NCBI GenBank assembly: GCA_019058015.1
Contig: JAHLWH010000095.1
Coordinates: 1 to 46,220 of the forward strand
DNA length: 46,220 nt
Source: Promethearchaeota archaeon
Lineage (GTDB): Archaea; Asgardarchaeota; Lokiarchaeia; Sigyniarchaeales; SOKP01
Direction: 5' to 3'
The translations under genes and the position numbers were made by a program. Positions 11,272-20,975 of this stretch are shown piece by piece (positions within the stretch are counted from its first letter, which is position 1; the number at the start of each line of letters is the position of its first letter). The notes beneath the pieces are model-generated. The model saw nothing but the letters and a program-made list of their open reading frames with translations, made no database searches and was not told where the DNA came from.

Positions 11272-11434
11272 TAGAAATCACTAACTTCTAGGAAATAAAT
11301 AATATATTAAAAAATATTTGCTAAAATTAAAATTTTTTTAAAATAAACAATTAATATATAATTTTCATATTGAAAAAAAGTAATTATTAAGCAAATTAAA
11401 TTATTAAAACACTTTTAGCTTTATAAAAAATTAT

Positions 11435-12214
11435 TTATACTGAGAAAGTTAATGAATTTGCATATTCTATTTCATTATTAATCTCAATAGTTCTCACTAA
11501 TTTTCCTTCTCGTATTGCCTTAAGTCTTATTAAACTGGTGTTTTTTAAGCCTTTAGGAATGATAATATTATTGATTTTATAAATATTAATTAATTTAAAT
11601 ATTTTAATTGTTTCGGGAATTTTATCTTCAAAATCTGGAATTAATTTTTCATATAAAATCTTTTTATTTTTTTTTGATTTTTTCACTGTACCAACACAAA
11701 ATTTGGTTAATTTTTCAAATTCTTCATGGGTTAGTTTTTTTTTAGACGGTTGTGGTAGTTTTGTTTTGCATTTTACAGAAAAACCTTGTTGATCATTAAA
11801 ATTGATAAAATAATAACTATATTTATTTAGTTCTTTTATTACCTCAAGGAATCTTGATTTAAAGAATTTTTCTTGAAATGTACCCTTAAAATTTTTAATT
11901 TTTCCTGTTGATTTTTTCAATTGCCAATCTAAACCTAACTTTGGAAAAACTATATTTAAATCTGACCTAGCAATGATGTCTAATTTCACTTCAAATTCAT
12001 TATCGGACATTACAGAAACTACATATTCTTGGATAAAATTCTCATATTCAAAACTCCCAGATATTGTTATTTTATTAGCTGTGAATCTAACTTTTATTAC
12101 TGGTCCGGTAAACTCTCCTTTAGAATATCTTGTGAAATGTTTGTGGATTTCTTGATAATCTTCTGCTGGATTTTTCAGCATTGAATTTTGAAGTAAATAA
12201 GTAAGAAAATGCAA
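11435..12214 (-). CDS. Conserved hypothetical basic protein
   Basis: 259-aa ORF. TTG start downstream of GAGG. Motifs HFTRYSKGEF, KLPQP, AIREG. Confidence 0.75.
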   Translation of the reverse strand: MHFLTYLLQNSMLKNPAEDYQEIHKHFTRYSKGEFTGPVIKVRFTANKITISGSFEYENFIQEYVVSVMSDNEFEVKLDIIARSDLNIVFPKLGLDWQLKKSTGKIKNFKGTFQEKFFKSRFLEVIKELNKYSYYFINFNDQQGFSVKCKTKLPQPSKKKLTHEEFEKLTKFCVGTVKKSKKNKKILYEKLIPDFEDKIPETIKIFKLINIYKINNIIIPKGLKNTSLIRLKAIREGKLVRTIEINNEIEYANSLTFSV

Positions 12215-12382
12215 ATAAATTAATCCTCAAATTATCCTTATGAAATAATATAAAATAAAAATTTAAAATATTTGATTTTTATCTTTATAGAACTTTTTAA
12301 GAATAAAAAAAAATTAATATATTGATAAATTTAAAATAGATATAATATTTATTTCATATCTTTTTTAATCTATGATGATATA

Positions 12383-12571
12383 ATGATAATTCAACTTTAT
12401 TTATGGGCTTGGATTTTAATTATAATTGGTTTTGGTTTTGTGGGTGTTTTGGTTTTATATGTTAAATATAGTACTGAAGTTTCTATTAAATTATATATTA
12501 TTACCATAGTTGTTTCTTCAATAAGTTTGGGCTTTGGGGTTCATTTATTCCTAGCTAATTTTGGTATATAA
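12383..12571 (+). CDS. Small two-TM protein, OST5/TMEM258-like
   Basis: C-terminus SSISLGFGVHLFLANFGI resembles the TMEM258/Ost5 C-terminus (ASLFMGFGVLFLLLWVGI, recalled from memory). Two-TM hairpin, 62 aa. Confidence 0.7.
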   Translation: MIIQLYLWAWILIIIGFGFVGVLVLYVKYSTEVSIKLYIITIVVSSISLGFGVHLFLANFGI

Positions 12572-12699
12572 AGAAGAAGTAATTTTTATACAGAAATAAT
12601 TAGTCAATATTTATTTTGATTTATTAAAAATAGTATAAAATTTAAAGATCGATAGATAGTATGTATACATACATATTCAATAATAAATAGTGAACTTAA

Positions 12700-13143
12700 A
12701 TGCTGTTTCAAATAAGTGAAGCTACTATATGGTATATTATTTGGCTTGTTTTAGCAACAGTTATTGTCGCTTTGATTTTATATATCGTTGTAAGATTAGT
12801 TGATTCTAAGTTGCGTGCATCAGATAAAAAGTGGATGATTTTATTAATCGCATTTATTATGGTTTTGATTATTCCACTTGTCGTTGGGGCAATTTCAACG
12901 GTTCTAGGTGCGCTTGGAGATTTATTGGCAGGACTCCGAACCGCAATATATCCATCAGGACAAAATTTTCTAGTACAATTAGCACCAGTTATTGCTTTTC
13001 TATTATTATTCATATTAGTAAAATTCTTGATCACTGATTCCTGGGAACATTCAATATGGATCTCTCTAATAACATTCTTCTTCTTGTTTTTAATATACTG
13101 TGTCCTCCCTGAGTTATATAATTATACAGGTGTCGGATTGTAA
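12700..13143 (+). CDS. Hypothetical four-TM membrane protein
   Basis: 147-aa ORF with four hydrophobic helices. Confidence 0.8.
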   Translation: MLFQISEATIWYIIWLVLATVIVALILYIVVRLVDSKLRASDKKWMILLIAFIMVLIIPLVVGAISTVLGALGDLLAGLRTAIYPSGQNFLVQLAPVIAFLLLFILVKFLITDSWEHSIWISLITFFFLFLIYCVLPELYNYTGVGL

Positions 13144-13152
13144 CATATCACT

Positions 13153-14007
13153 TCAAAATTTCCTTTTTTTTTTTTCTATATTTAGGTGATTCATAATAGA
13201 ATTTAATTTGGAAAAAAACCCTAGAATAAAACTTAATTCCTTTTTTGACATGATTGCTCTTTCAAATACGTTTTTAAATGCATAATACACCTTTTCTTTT
13301 TTATGAGTTCTGATTCTAACTTGCTTTATTAAATTTCTTATGATTTTATAAATAATAAAGCGATCTTGCTTATTAGCTAATAATACTGGTTTATTTCCTC
13401 TTCCAATATTTATGATATTTATTTTTTTATATAATTCATATAAGATAATACCGACAGCATGAGAAAGATTTAAAGTAGGATAGGTATTACTGGCTGGAAT
13501 TCTTAAAAGAATGTCAGCCAAACTGATTTCCTCATTTGTCAATCCTCTTGATTCTTTTCCAAATAAAATTGCAATATTGAGAGGTGTTTTTGATAGAGGA
13601 AGTGAAAAGTCTTCAGGGAATATTGTTAATCTTCTAAGATTTGTATAGCGCATACCACTTGCAGTTGTCGCAATAATTAGATCAAATTTTTTTAAATAAT
13701 TTTTTAATTCAGATGTATGGTATTTTAATGGGTCAATTTCAACAATTTCAGAATTTAAAAGAATTTCCTTACCATGCATTGCGAAACCCCGTGTTTCATA
13801 ACTAACAATATGTTCTTTATGCTCAATGGGATTAAAAATAACCAAATTAAAAAATTCAAAATTACGCATAACCCTTGCAACGCTCCCAATATTACCAAAA
13901 TGTTCCGGTTGCACCAAAACTATTGTAAAAGAAAGATTCTTGTAATTTTCATTTACTCTTGTTTCTTGAAAAGAATCATGTTGCCTAAATAATCTTTTTT
14001 TATTCAT
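13153..14007 (-). CDS. trmJ: TrmJ-family SPOUT tRNA 2'-O-methyltransferase
   Basis: IVLVQPEHFGNIGSVARVMRNF, ILFGKESRGLTNEEI, YPTLNLSHAVGIILYEL. Confidence 0.93.
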   Translation of the reverse strand: MNKKRLFRQHDSFQETRVNENYKNLSFTIVLVQPEHFGNIGSVARVMRNFEFFNLVIFNPIEHKEHIVSYETRGFAMHGKEILLNSEIVEIDPLKYHTSELKNYLKKFDLIIATTASGMRYTNLRRLTIFPEDFSLPLSKTPLNIAILFGKESRGLTNEEISLADILLRIPASNTYPTLNLSHAVGIILYELYKKINIINIGRGNKPVLLANKQDRFIIYKIIRNLIKQVRIRTHKKEKVYYAFKNVFERAIMSKKELSFILGFFSKLNSIMNHLNIEKKKRKF

Positions 14008-14067
14008 TTATATCACAACTCATTTTCATTTTATATTATTAAAAAAATAACCTTAATACTTAAAATT

Positions 14068-14110
14068 AAAAAAAAATAGTTATCTATCCTCATTTTTTAG
14101 GATTAGATAT
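14068..14110 (-). terminator. Hairpin + U-tract terminator candidate after rpoB
   Basis: Minus strand: TATCTAATCCT-AAAAAATG-AGGATAGATA followed by ACTA and a T9 tract. Confidence 0.45.
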
Positions 14111-14138
14111 TAAGAAAAATACAGTAGAAATACTATTA

Positions 14139-17100
14139 TTAGACTTTGTCCTTCAACTTTAATCTAGGGGCTAATCCAAGACTCATCATTTCCTGCATTA
14201 ATAATTTGAAAGCATAACTACAAACTACTTTAGAAATTTTAGTACCTTGCCCGCAAATTGGACAATAAGTTATGTCACGGTTTCGATCATATACAGCAAG
14301 CAATCCACAGCGTTCACATATTAATACAACTGTTTTATCTGATTCATCTAATAATCTCTCTTTAAGAAGTAGAGCACTTCCATGTCCAATAAGACAATCC
14401 CTCTCCATTTCGCCAAATCTTAGCCCTCCTTCTCTTGCACGACCTTCTGTTGGTTGCCTGGTCAAAATCTGCACGGGCCCTCGGGCTCTTGCGTGAATTT
14501 TATCGGCAACAAGATGATACAATTTTTGATAATAAATAGGTGCACAATAAATACCTACATCATATTTCTCACCTGTAATACCGTTATATAGTGTCTCCCG
14601 TCCGTTAAACTCAAACCCAGCTTTTAATAATAACTCCTGTAGCTCAGTAATATTCTTCCACTCAAATGCTGTCGCGTCACCGATTTTTCCAGTAGTACAT
14701 GCTATTTTCCCACTAATACCTTCAAAAAGTTGTCCTAGTGTCATCCTACTTGGCATTGCATGAGGGTTAATTATCAAATCAGGAATTATGCCGTCTGCTG
14801 AAAATGGTAAATCTTCTTGAGCTGCAACTAACCCAATAACGCCTTTCTGACCGTGCCTTGATGAAAATTTATCTCCCAATTCTGGAATCCGAAGATCCCT
14901 TACTTTAATTTTTACGAGTTTATTTCCGTCAACTGTTTCAGAAATGATGATAGTGTCTACGATTCCCTTCTCACTGTGCCGCATATTAATTGACGTTTCT
15001 CTGCGATTAGGTTGAGATAAATCGAACTCCCCATAAGACTTTATGAATCTTGGTGGAGAGGTTCTACCAATTAATACATCGCCACCATCAACTTGAGTTT
15101 CTGGTTCGATAATTCCATCGAATTCTGAGAGAAATCTGTATGATTCTGCGGATTTAAAGCCCCTAACTCCTCTCTCTGGTATCTCAAATTTATCCACTTC
15201 TCCTCCTGGATATTTTCTCTCCTCTCCATCATAAGTGCGAAAGAAATGACTGCGTGCAAGACCTCTCTCAATAGAGGCTCTATTGATTATTAAAGCGTCT
15301 TCAATATTGAATCCTTCATAAGACATCATTGCAATAATAAAGTTTTGACCAGCAGGACGTTTATCAAAACCTATAATATCCATAGGATGAGTTTTAACTA
15401 ATGGCATCTGAGGGTAATGTAGAGTGTGGCCTCTAGTGTCAAGTCTTATGTGAAGATTTGCTGAGAACAAACCTAATGCTTGTTTTACCATTCCAGCTTC
15501 ATAAGTGTTTCTTGGGGATTGATTATGTTCTGGAAATGGAATAATTGAAGCACATATACCCAAGATTGCAGCAGGGGAAATTTCTAAATGGGTATGTTCT
15601 AAAGTTAGATCATCTTGGAACATGGCAATAAATGCATTTTCTTCTTCTTCAGCATCTAAATATTCAATTACACCTTTCTCAATTAAATCGGACCATTGAT
15701 ATTTTCCATTCTTCAATTTTTCTATGTCTTCTTCAGTTATTATAACTTTACTATTTTTTACTACAAATAATGGTCGGGTAGCTCTGCCACCATCACAATT
15801 TATTTGGATTTCATTTGATTCCGAATAATAAGCAATATTAACGGTTTGGTCAATTTCTCCCCTTCGTCTCTTTTCTCGTATTTGTCTTATTAATGGATTA
15901 TGTTTTTGATGAATTCCAATTAGTCTTCCATTTAAAAATATTTTAGTTTTATTTCCTTTTATGTTTTTTACCTCATCAATCGAGATAACGCCTAGATCAA
16001 TTAAAATATGTTCTATACTCTCTTCATCTGTCCCTACGGATATTATTGATGCTAGTGCTAAATTTTTAACTAAGCCACAATTAGGACCTTCTGGTGTTTC
16101 GCAAGGACATATTTTCCCCCATTGTGTGGGATGTAGATCTCGCGCTTCAAAATGGGGTTGACTTCGACTTAATGGCGAGACAACTCTTCTAAGATGGCTA
16201 AGAGAAGCAACATGATTAGTTCGATTCAGTAATTGGCTAACCCCAGCTTTTCCACCAACCCAATTACCTGTGGCGAGCGCATGCCTAATTCTTTCAGAGA
16301 TCACATCTGCTCTAACGGCAGTTTTAATATTGGGTGCTCTTCCTCGAACCGCAATTCTTTCTAATTGATATTTAATATCTTTAACTAAGTTCAAAAAGGC
16401 AACCCTAAATAAGGAAGTAAATAATTCTCCCGCAAGTTTAAGGCGTTTATTTGCATAATGATCTTTATCATCAGATTCTCTCAATCCTAATGAAAGTTCC
16501 ATAACTTTCTGACTCATCTGGCCAAGGTAATATGCCTTTTTAATTCGATCGCTTTGTTCATTACCAATATGTGGCAATAAATATCTATCCAATACTTGAC
16601 AAGCTCGTTTAATACGATAATCTTTTGTTTGTCCTACCGCAACTCTTTTTCCTATATAATCTAATGCATTTTGAAGAGATTTTTCTGGATCTTGATGAAC
16701 TTGTATTTCTGATGCAACATCTATTACGGGAATTAATTCTTTTTGGATCTCCGGATTATCAGAAATAGCTTCAAAAATTTCACGATCCGATTTAAGTCCT
16801 AAAGCACGCATAAGAATTGCTAGCGGGATTTTTCCTGGAACAGAAGGGAAAGAAACTCTTAAATTTCCATCTTTTTTTCGTTCAATTGTTACAGGTGCTC
16901 TAAAACCATTTTTTGTAGAAAAAACTTTTGCTTGGTGGGTTGCGCTTGAACTTTTACTTGATTCTTCTGCTAAAATTCTGTTTGGTGCAAGATCTTCTTG
17001 AGTTACTAATACTCTTTCAGTACCATTTATTATAAAATAACCTCCTGGATCAAGTGGATCTTCACCTCTGTTTATAAGCTCTTGAGCCGTCAGATCTCGA

Positions 17101-17519
17101 AGGGGACAATTACAACTTTTTAACATAATTGGAAGCTTACCAATATAAATTTTAATTGTTTCTTGAGGTTCTTCTCTTTGAGTTCTCTCATCAATGGTAA
17201 TTGGAATCATATCAAGATGAATATCACCAGCATAACTTAATTCTCTAATTCTTGCTTCCAAAGGAGTTATTTCTTTTGTAGCTCCATCAGCCTCCCTAAT
17301 CATGGGGAGACCGACGTGGATTTTATTGAATTTAATTTTAAATCCGGGGATATCTGGTATCACTTGAGCGCTTTCTTCTACAATTTCTTGCATTTGATGC
17401 TCAATAAAATCATTATAAGAATCTAAATGCTGACGGACTAATCCTTTTTCTTCAAATAATTTTTTTAAAATTAACCAAGCATCTTCATTGGTTATTAAAT
17501 AATTTTCTTCCAAACTCAA
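14139..17519 (-). CDS. rpoB: DNA-directed RNA polymerase subunit B (Rpo2, unsplit)
   Basis: GGYFIINGTERV, ETPEGPNCGLVKN, GDKFSSRHGQKG, REGGLRFGEMERD, C-terminal Zn finger. Confidence 0.99.
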   Translation of the reverse strand: MSLEENYLITNEDAWLILKKLFEEKGLVRQHLDSYNDFIEHQMQEIVEESAQVIPDIPGFKIKFNKIHVGLPMIREADGATKEITPLEARIRELSYAGDIHLDMIPITIDERTQREEPQETIKIYIGKLPIMLKSCNCPLRDLTAQELINRGEDPLDPGGYFIINGTERVLVTQEDLAPNRILAEESSKSSSATHQAKVFSTKNGFRAPVTIERKKDGNLRVSFPSVPGKIPLAILMRALGLKSDREIFEAISDNPEIQKELIPVIDVASEIQVHQDPEKSLQNALDYIGKRVAVGQTKDYRIKRACQVLDRYLLPHIGNEQSDRIKKAYYLGQMSQKVMELSLGLRESDDKDHYANKRLKLAGELFTSLFRVAFLNLVKDIKYQLERIAVRGRAPNIKTAVRADVISERIRHALATGNWVGGKAGVSQLLNRTNHVASLSHLRRVVSPLSRSQPHFEARDLHPTQWGKICPCETPEGPNCGLVKNLALASIISVGTDEESIEHILIDLGVISIDEVKNIKGNKTKIFLNGRLIGIHQKHNPLIRQIREKRRRGEIDQTVNIAYYSESNEIQINCDGGRATRPLFVVKNSKVIITEEDIEKLKNGKYQWSDLIEKGVIEYLDAEEEENAFIAMFQDDLTLEHTHLEISPAAILGICASIIPFPEHNQSPRNTYEAGMVKQALGLFSANLHIRLDTRGHTLHYPQMPLVKTHPMDIIGFDKRPAGQNFIIAMMSYEGFNIEDALIINRASIERGLARSHFFRTYDGEERKYPGGEVDKFEIPERGVRGFKSAESYRFLSEFDGIIEPETQVDGGDVLIGRTSPPRFIKSYGEFDLSQPNRRETSINMRHSEKGIVDTIIISETVDGNKLVKIKVRDLRIPELGDKFSSRHGQKGVIGLVAAQEDLPFSADGIIPDLIINPHAMPSRMTLGQLFEGISGKIACTTGKIGDATAFEWKNITELQELLLKAGFEFNGRETLYNGITGEKYDVGIYCAPIYYQKLYHLVADKIHARARGPVQILTRQPTEGRAREGGLRFGEMERDCLIGHGSALLLKERLLDESDKTVVLICERCGLLAVYDRNRDITYCPICGQGTKISKVVCSYAFKLLMQEMMSLGLAPRLKLKDKV

Positions 17520-17577
17520 TATTACTTCACGCAGTTTATTTTACAATAATCTTGATTTAAGATTTTAGATTTTTATA

Positions 17578-17835
17578 TTAGCTAGTTTTTTCTTTAGTTA
17601 CATACCTATAATATTCAATTTCATCTAAGGTTGTTTGGGATTTTCTTAAAATTTTAACAACATCGCCCTCTTTTGCTCCGATTGAAAAAATTGCAGGATC
17701 TGTGTTCAAAATGCGAGGTAAGTCAATAACTTTAATCTTATACTTATTTAGTAAATCTTTAGTTTGCTCTTTTGTTAATATAATGTGTTTAGGGACTAAG
17801 TTGTGCCTTAGGACGTCTAGTTTTTTTTTAGCCAA
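17578..17835 (-). CDS. rpoH: RNA polymerase subunit H (Rpo5)
   Basis: HNLVPKHIIL..LPRI..DPA..GDVVKILRKS..YYRYV. Confidence 0.98.
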   Translation of the reverse strand: MAKKKLDVLRHNLVPKHIILTKEQTKDLLNKYKIKVIDLPRILNTDPAIFSIGAKEGDVVKILRKSQTTLDEIEYYRYVTKEKTS

Positions 17836-17912
17836 AAGATATCACTCAATTTAATAGAGAAATAGTCTTATAATTTTTGAAATAATCCTTATCTAAAAAA
17901 TTTTTCCTTTAC

Positions 17913-18539
17913 CTAACCTTTTTTTAAAAAAAAGATCCAATAACCACTTCTTTTAAGTTTTATTTCTATTTCCATATCGGAGAGTGTATCTGAGAGAATT
18001 TCAAATATATTTTTTGCACCAATTGTTCTTCTTATAACAAATTGAAAAGTACCTCCTTTTTTTAAATAATAAGGGACTAAATAACAAAAATTTAAAAACT
18101 CTTTTTTGCCCTTTTTTAAAGGAGGATTTGAATAAATTCCATCAAATTTTAAATTTTCAGATTTTATGAGGTCAAAATAAGAATTATTAAAGATTTTAAC
18201 ATTTTTAACACGATTAATTTTAACATTTTCTCTAGCACACCAAATTGCCCTACTGTTTATATCGATCATGTATACGGTACTATCTGGATTTTCTTTCGCT
18301 AATACAATGCCTATTGGTCCATATCCACAACCCATATCTAAAAGTAAGGCATTGTTAGGTGGTATTTGCATGTATCTTATAAATGTTTTCGTTCCAAGAT
18401 CAATTTTTCGATAGCTAAAAATCCCCGAGGAAGTTTTAAATATATACAAATGTCCTCGTAAACTTTCTGAAATTGAATAAGTTTTTAAAATTGATTGAGG
18501 TGATTTTGAAAAATAATGAGAATTATTTTTATCTTTCAT
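17913..18539 (-). CDS. Class I SAM methyltransferase (RsmC/MJ0882-like)
   Basis: SHYFS, SGIFS..IDLGT, LLDMGCGYGPIG, SNPP. ATG18539 overlaps the cbf5 stop (ATGA). Confidence 0.92.
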   Translation of the reverse strand: MKDKNNSHYFSKSPQSILKTYSISESLRGHLYIFKTSSGIFSYRKIDLGTKTFIRYMQIPPNNALLLDMGCGYGPIGIVLAKENPDSTVYMIDINSRAIWCARENVKINRVKNVKIFNNSYFDLIKSENLKFDGIYSNPPLKKGKKEFLNFCYLVPYYLKKGGTFQFVIRRTIGAKNIFEILSDTLSDMEIEIKLKRSGYWIFFLKKG

Positions 18540-19513
18540 TTGAATTCCGTCCATCGTGGGTAAGTTCTTCTTTTCATAAAGACTTTATTGATTTTTACCA
18601 TAATACCTGAATTTGCTTTATAAATTTTCATACCACTCTTTAAAGCTGTTCCAAAAGCAATCAATTCATTTTTTTGGGTCATGATTGCAACTATAGTGCC
18701 TTTTTGAATTGAGGCATCAACATATAATATACCCGGAGATGTTAAATTTGCTCCATGACATAGTGCATCAACAGCACTATCTCTAACGATTATTTTTGGA
18801 AAAGATTTAGTGATTATCTCGAGAGGTTGAATAACTTTTCGTAAGTAAAATTCATCTCCTTCCTCTCTAAAAATAGTGACTGCATCCTTTAAATTCTGTA
18901 GAGTAATTAATGTTTTATTTTCTTCGAAAACACTAGATTTGGTCCTTCTTAACTCAACCATATGGGCTCCGCTACATAATGCTTCTCCAAGATCAAAACA
19001 TAATTTTCTAATATAGGTGCCAGCTTGGCAACCAACTCTAAATATAACATATTGCCCTTGAATATCTAAAATATTATTATAATAAATCTCTCTAATCCGT
19101 AATTTTCTCGCAACAGAAGACTTTAAGGGAGGTCTTTGATATATTTTTCCTGTGAATAATGAAAATAAACTTCTAATTTGTCTTTCTGAAATTGGAGAAT
19201 GAAAAAAAATGACACAAACATATTCTTTTTTTGAATTTAATAAGTAAGAAACTGCTTTTGTTGATTTATTTATGGCACAAGGCAATATCCCGGTTACTTT
19301 TGGGTCTAAAGTCCCACCATGCCCAGTTTTTTGTACTCCTAAGATTTTTCGTACCCAAGTTACCACTTCATGACTTGTGGGTCCTTTTGGTTTATCAAGG
19401 TTAATAATTCCATAATTTATATATGTTTCGATATCCCGATCTTCAGGTTTACAACCATAATTTTCGTTTATTGGTGATTCTGATTTAATTAAGAGCTGAT
19501 CTTGAAATTTCAT
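18536..19513 (-). CDS. cbf5: H/ACA RNA-guided pseudouridine synthase Cbf5
   Basis: INLDKPKGPTSHEV, GHGGTLDPKVTG, GTYIRKLC, C-terminal PUA domain. Confidence 0.97.
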   Translation of the reverse strand: MKFQDQLLIKSESPINENYGCKPEDRDIETYINYGIINLDKPKGPTSHEVVTWVRKILGVQKTGHGGTLDPKVTGILPCAINKSTKAVSYLLNSKKEYVCVIFFHSPISERQIRSLFSLFTGKIYQRPPLKSSVARKLRIREIYYNNILDIQGQYVIFRVGCQAGTYIRKLCFDLGEALCSGAHMVELRRTKSSVFEENKTLITLQNLKDAVTIFREEGDEFYLRKVIQPLEIITKSFPKIIVRDSAVDALCHGANLTSPGILYVDASIQKGTIVAIMTQKNELIAFGTALKSGMKIYKANSGIMVKINKVFMKRRTYPRWTEFK

Positions 19514-19598
19514 GCTTATTATTGTTTAAATAATACATATTTAATTAATTTATGAACATAGTGAAAAGAATTTATTTTATTAGAAGTATGATTTTAAG

Positions 19599-19672
19599 CG
19601 GGCTTGAGGGGAGTTGAACCCCCGACCTGCGGGTTAAAAGCCCGTTGCGCTACCTGACTGCGCCACAAGCCC
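19599..19672 (-). tRNA. tRNA-Lys(UUU), no intron
   Basis: Acceptor stem GGGCTTG/CAAGCCC, anticodon loop CT-TTT-AA, T loop GTTCAAC. Confidence 0.96.
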
Positions 19673-19758
19673 TTATATTATTTTTTTCTTTAGAAGTTAT
19701 AGATTTGATTTAATTATAATATTAAACAAAATAAAAATTTTATTAATTCTTTTTCTTT

Positions 19759-20784
19759 TCATGCACCGTTAAAATGCTCATAGCTAAAATCTTTTAGGAC
19801 ATTTCTTTTACCATCTTTAATAATATAAATTTTATTTTCTGCTATTACTTTTCCTATTGGAATAAGGTATCCACTTTGATCTTTAATTAATTGTGCGGCT
19901 TTATTAAAATCACTGGGGTCAATTGTGAAAAGATGGATAAATTCTTCCCCACCATTAAATATTAATTTTTCAAAAGAGATATTAAATTTTTCAGAATATT
20001 CTTTAACAAATTTTTCTGTTGGAACATCATTGAGGTTAATTTCAAAACCAAGATTATTATTTGCTTTAGTAAGTTCTTTTAGAGATTTTGCTAATCCATC
20101 AGAAGAGTCAATACTTGACGTTGCTAATTTGTTTTCTGCTAGAATTTTACCTTCTATTTTGCTAACCGAAGGATTAAGAACAGAATCGATTGCTTTTTTA
20201 TACTTTAGATTAGAAAAATCTCCAAATTTATTTAAAATAATATTAAAACCAACTCCAGTAAGACCAAAACACCCATTTATGCATAAAAGATCCCCAACTT
20301 TCATTCCTTTTCTGTAGATTATTTTGTTTTTTTGTCCGAATCCGAATACAGTCGGGTTTATAATTATCTCATCTTTAGTTTCATTAAGATCTCCTCCTAG
20401 ATACTTCAAATTAAATTTTTTACAAGTCTCAATTATTCCTTTCATAAGTTCTTTGAAATCGGCTAGTGTCATATTATTTGGAAGTCCTAAAGAGATTATT
20501 ACAGCTACTGGTGTGATTCCCTTTACTAGTAGATCACTAATATTCATAATAATTGATTTTCGTCCGATATGAAAGGGGGTCATTTGATGGGGAACATCTG
20601 AAGTAGAAACGAGCATATCGGTATTTATGACAACGTAATTTTGATTTAGATTACCTTTAATTTTCAAATTCATAAAAAAAGCATCATCATTTTGTATTTT
20701 TTCACCGGTCTTTTCAAAAATTAATTGTTCGATAATCTCAATGATTTTTGATTCCCCAAGTTCTTTGAGAGTTAATCTTTTCAT
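19759..20784 (-). CDS. thiL: Thiamine-monophosphate kinase
   Basis: LGESKII, NDDA, NTDMLV, MNISDLLVKG, GGDLN, SIDSSDGL, GGEEF. Confidence 0.95.
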   Translation of the reverse strand: MKRLTLKELGESKIIEIIEQLIFEKTGEKIQNDDAFFMNLKIKGNLNQNYVVINTDMLVSTSDVPHQMTPFHIGRKSIIMNISDLLVKGITPVAVIISLGLPNNMTLADFKELMKGIIETCKKFNLKYLGGDLNETKDEIIINPTVFGFGQKNKIIYRKGMKVGDLLCINGCFGLTGVGFNIILNKFGDFSNLKYKKAIDSVLNPSVSKIEGKILAENKLATSSIDSSDGLAKSLKELTKANNNLGFEINLNDVPTEKFVKEYSEKFNISFEKLIFNGGEEFIHLFTIDPSDFNKAAQLIKDQSGYLIPIGKVIAENKIYIIKDGKRNVLKDFSYEHFNGA

Positions 20785-20872
20785 TGCTTTTCTTGAGTAT
20801 GCTTTTCTGAAAAAAAATTTATAACTACTTTAAAATTATTATTATTTAATTTTTAAAGGTATTTATAAAAAT

Positions 20873-20969
20873 GCCTCTGTAGCCTAGTGGTATAGCGTCT
20901 GATATGTATATGTATTAAAGCACAGAAGTCGTAATCAGAAGGTCGAGGGTTCAATTCCCTCCAGAGGCT
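20873..20969 (+). tRNA. tRNA-Thr(CGU) with a 25-nt intron at 32/33 (20904-20928)
   Basis: Acceptor GCCTCTG/CAGAGGC, anticodon stem TCTGA/TCAGA, spliced loop TT-CGT-AA. Full BHB at the junctions. Confidence 0.9.
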
Positions 20970-20975
20970 TTATTG

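Noticed and set aside
18536-19513. BHB intron in cbf5, as in crenarchaea
   Set aside because: The ORF is continuous through GPTSHEV and the catalytic motif.
20904-20933. tRNA-Thr(UGU) with a canonical 37/38 intron
   Set aside because: It would require A33 and gives no 4-bp central helix, whereas the 32/33 model gives a complete BHB.
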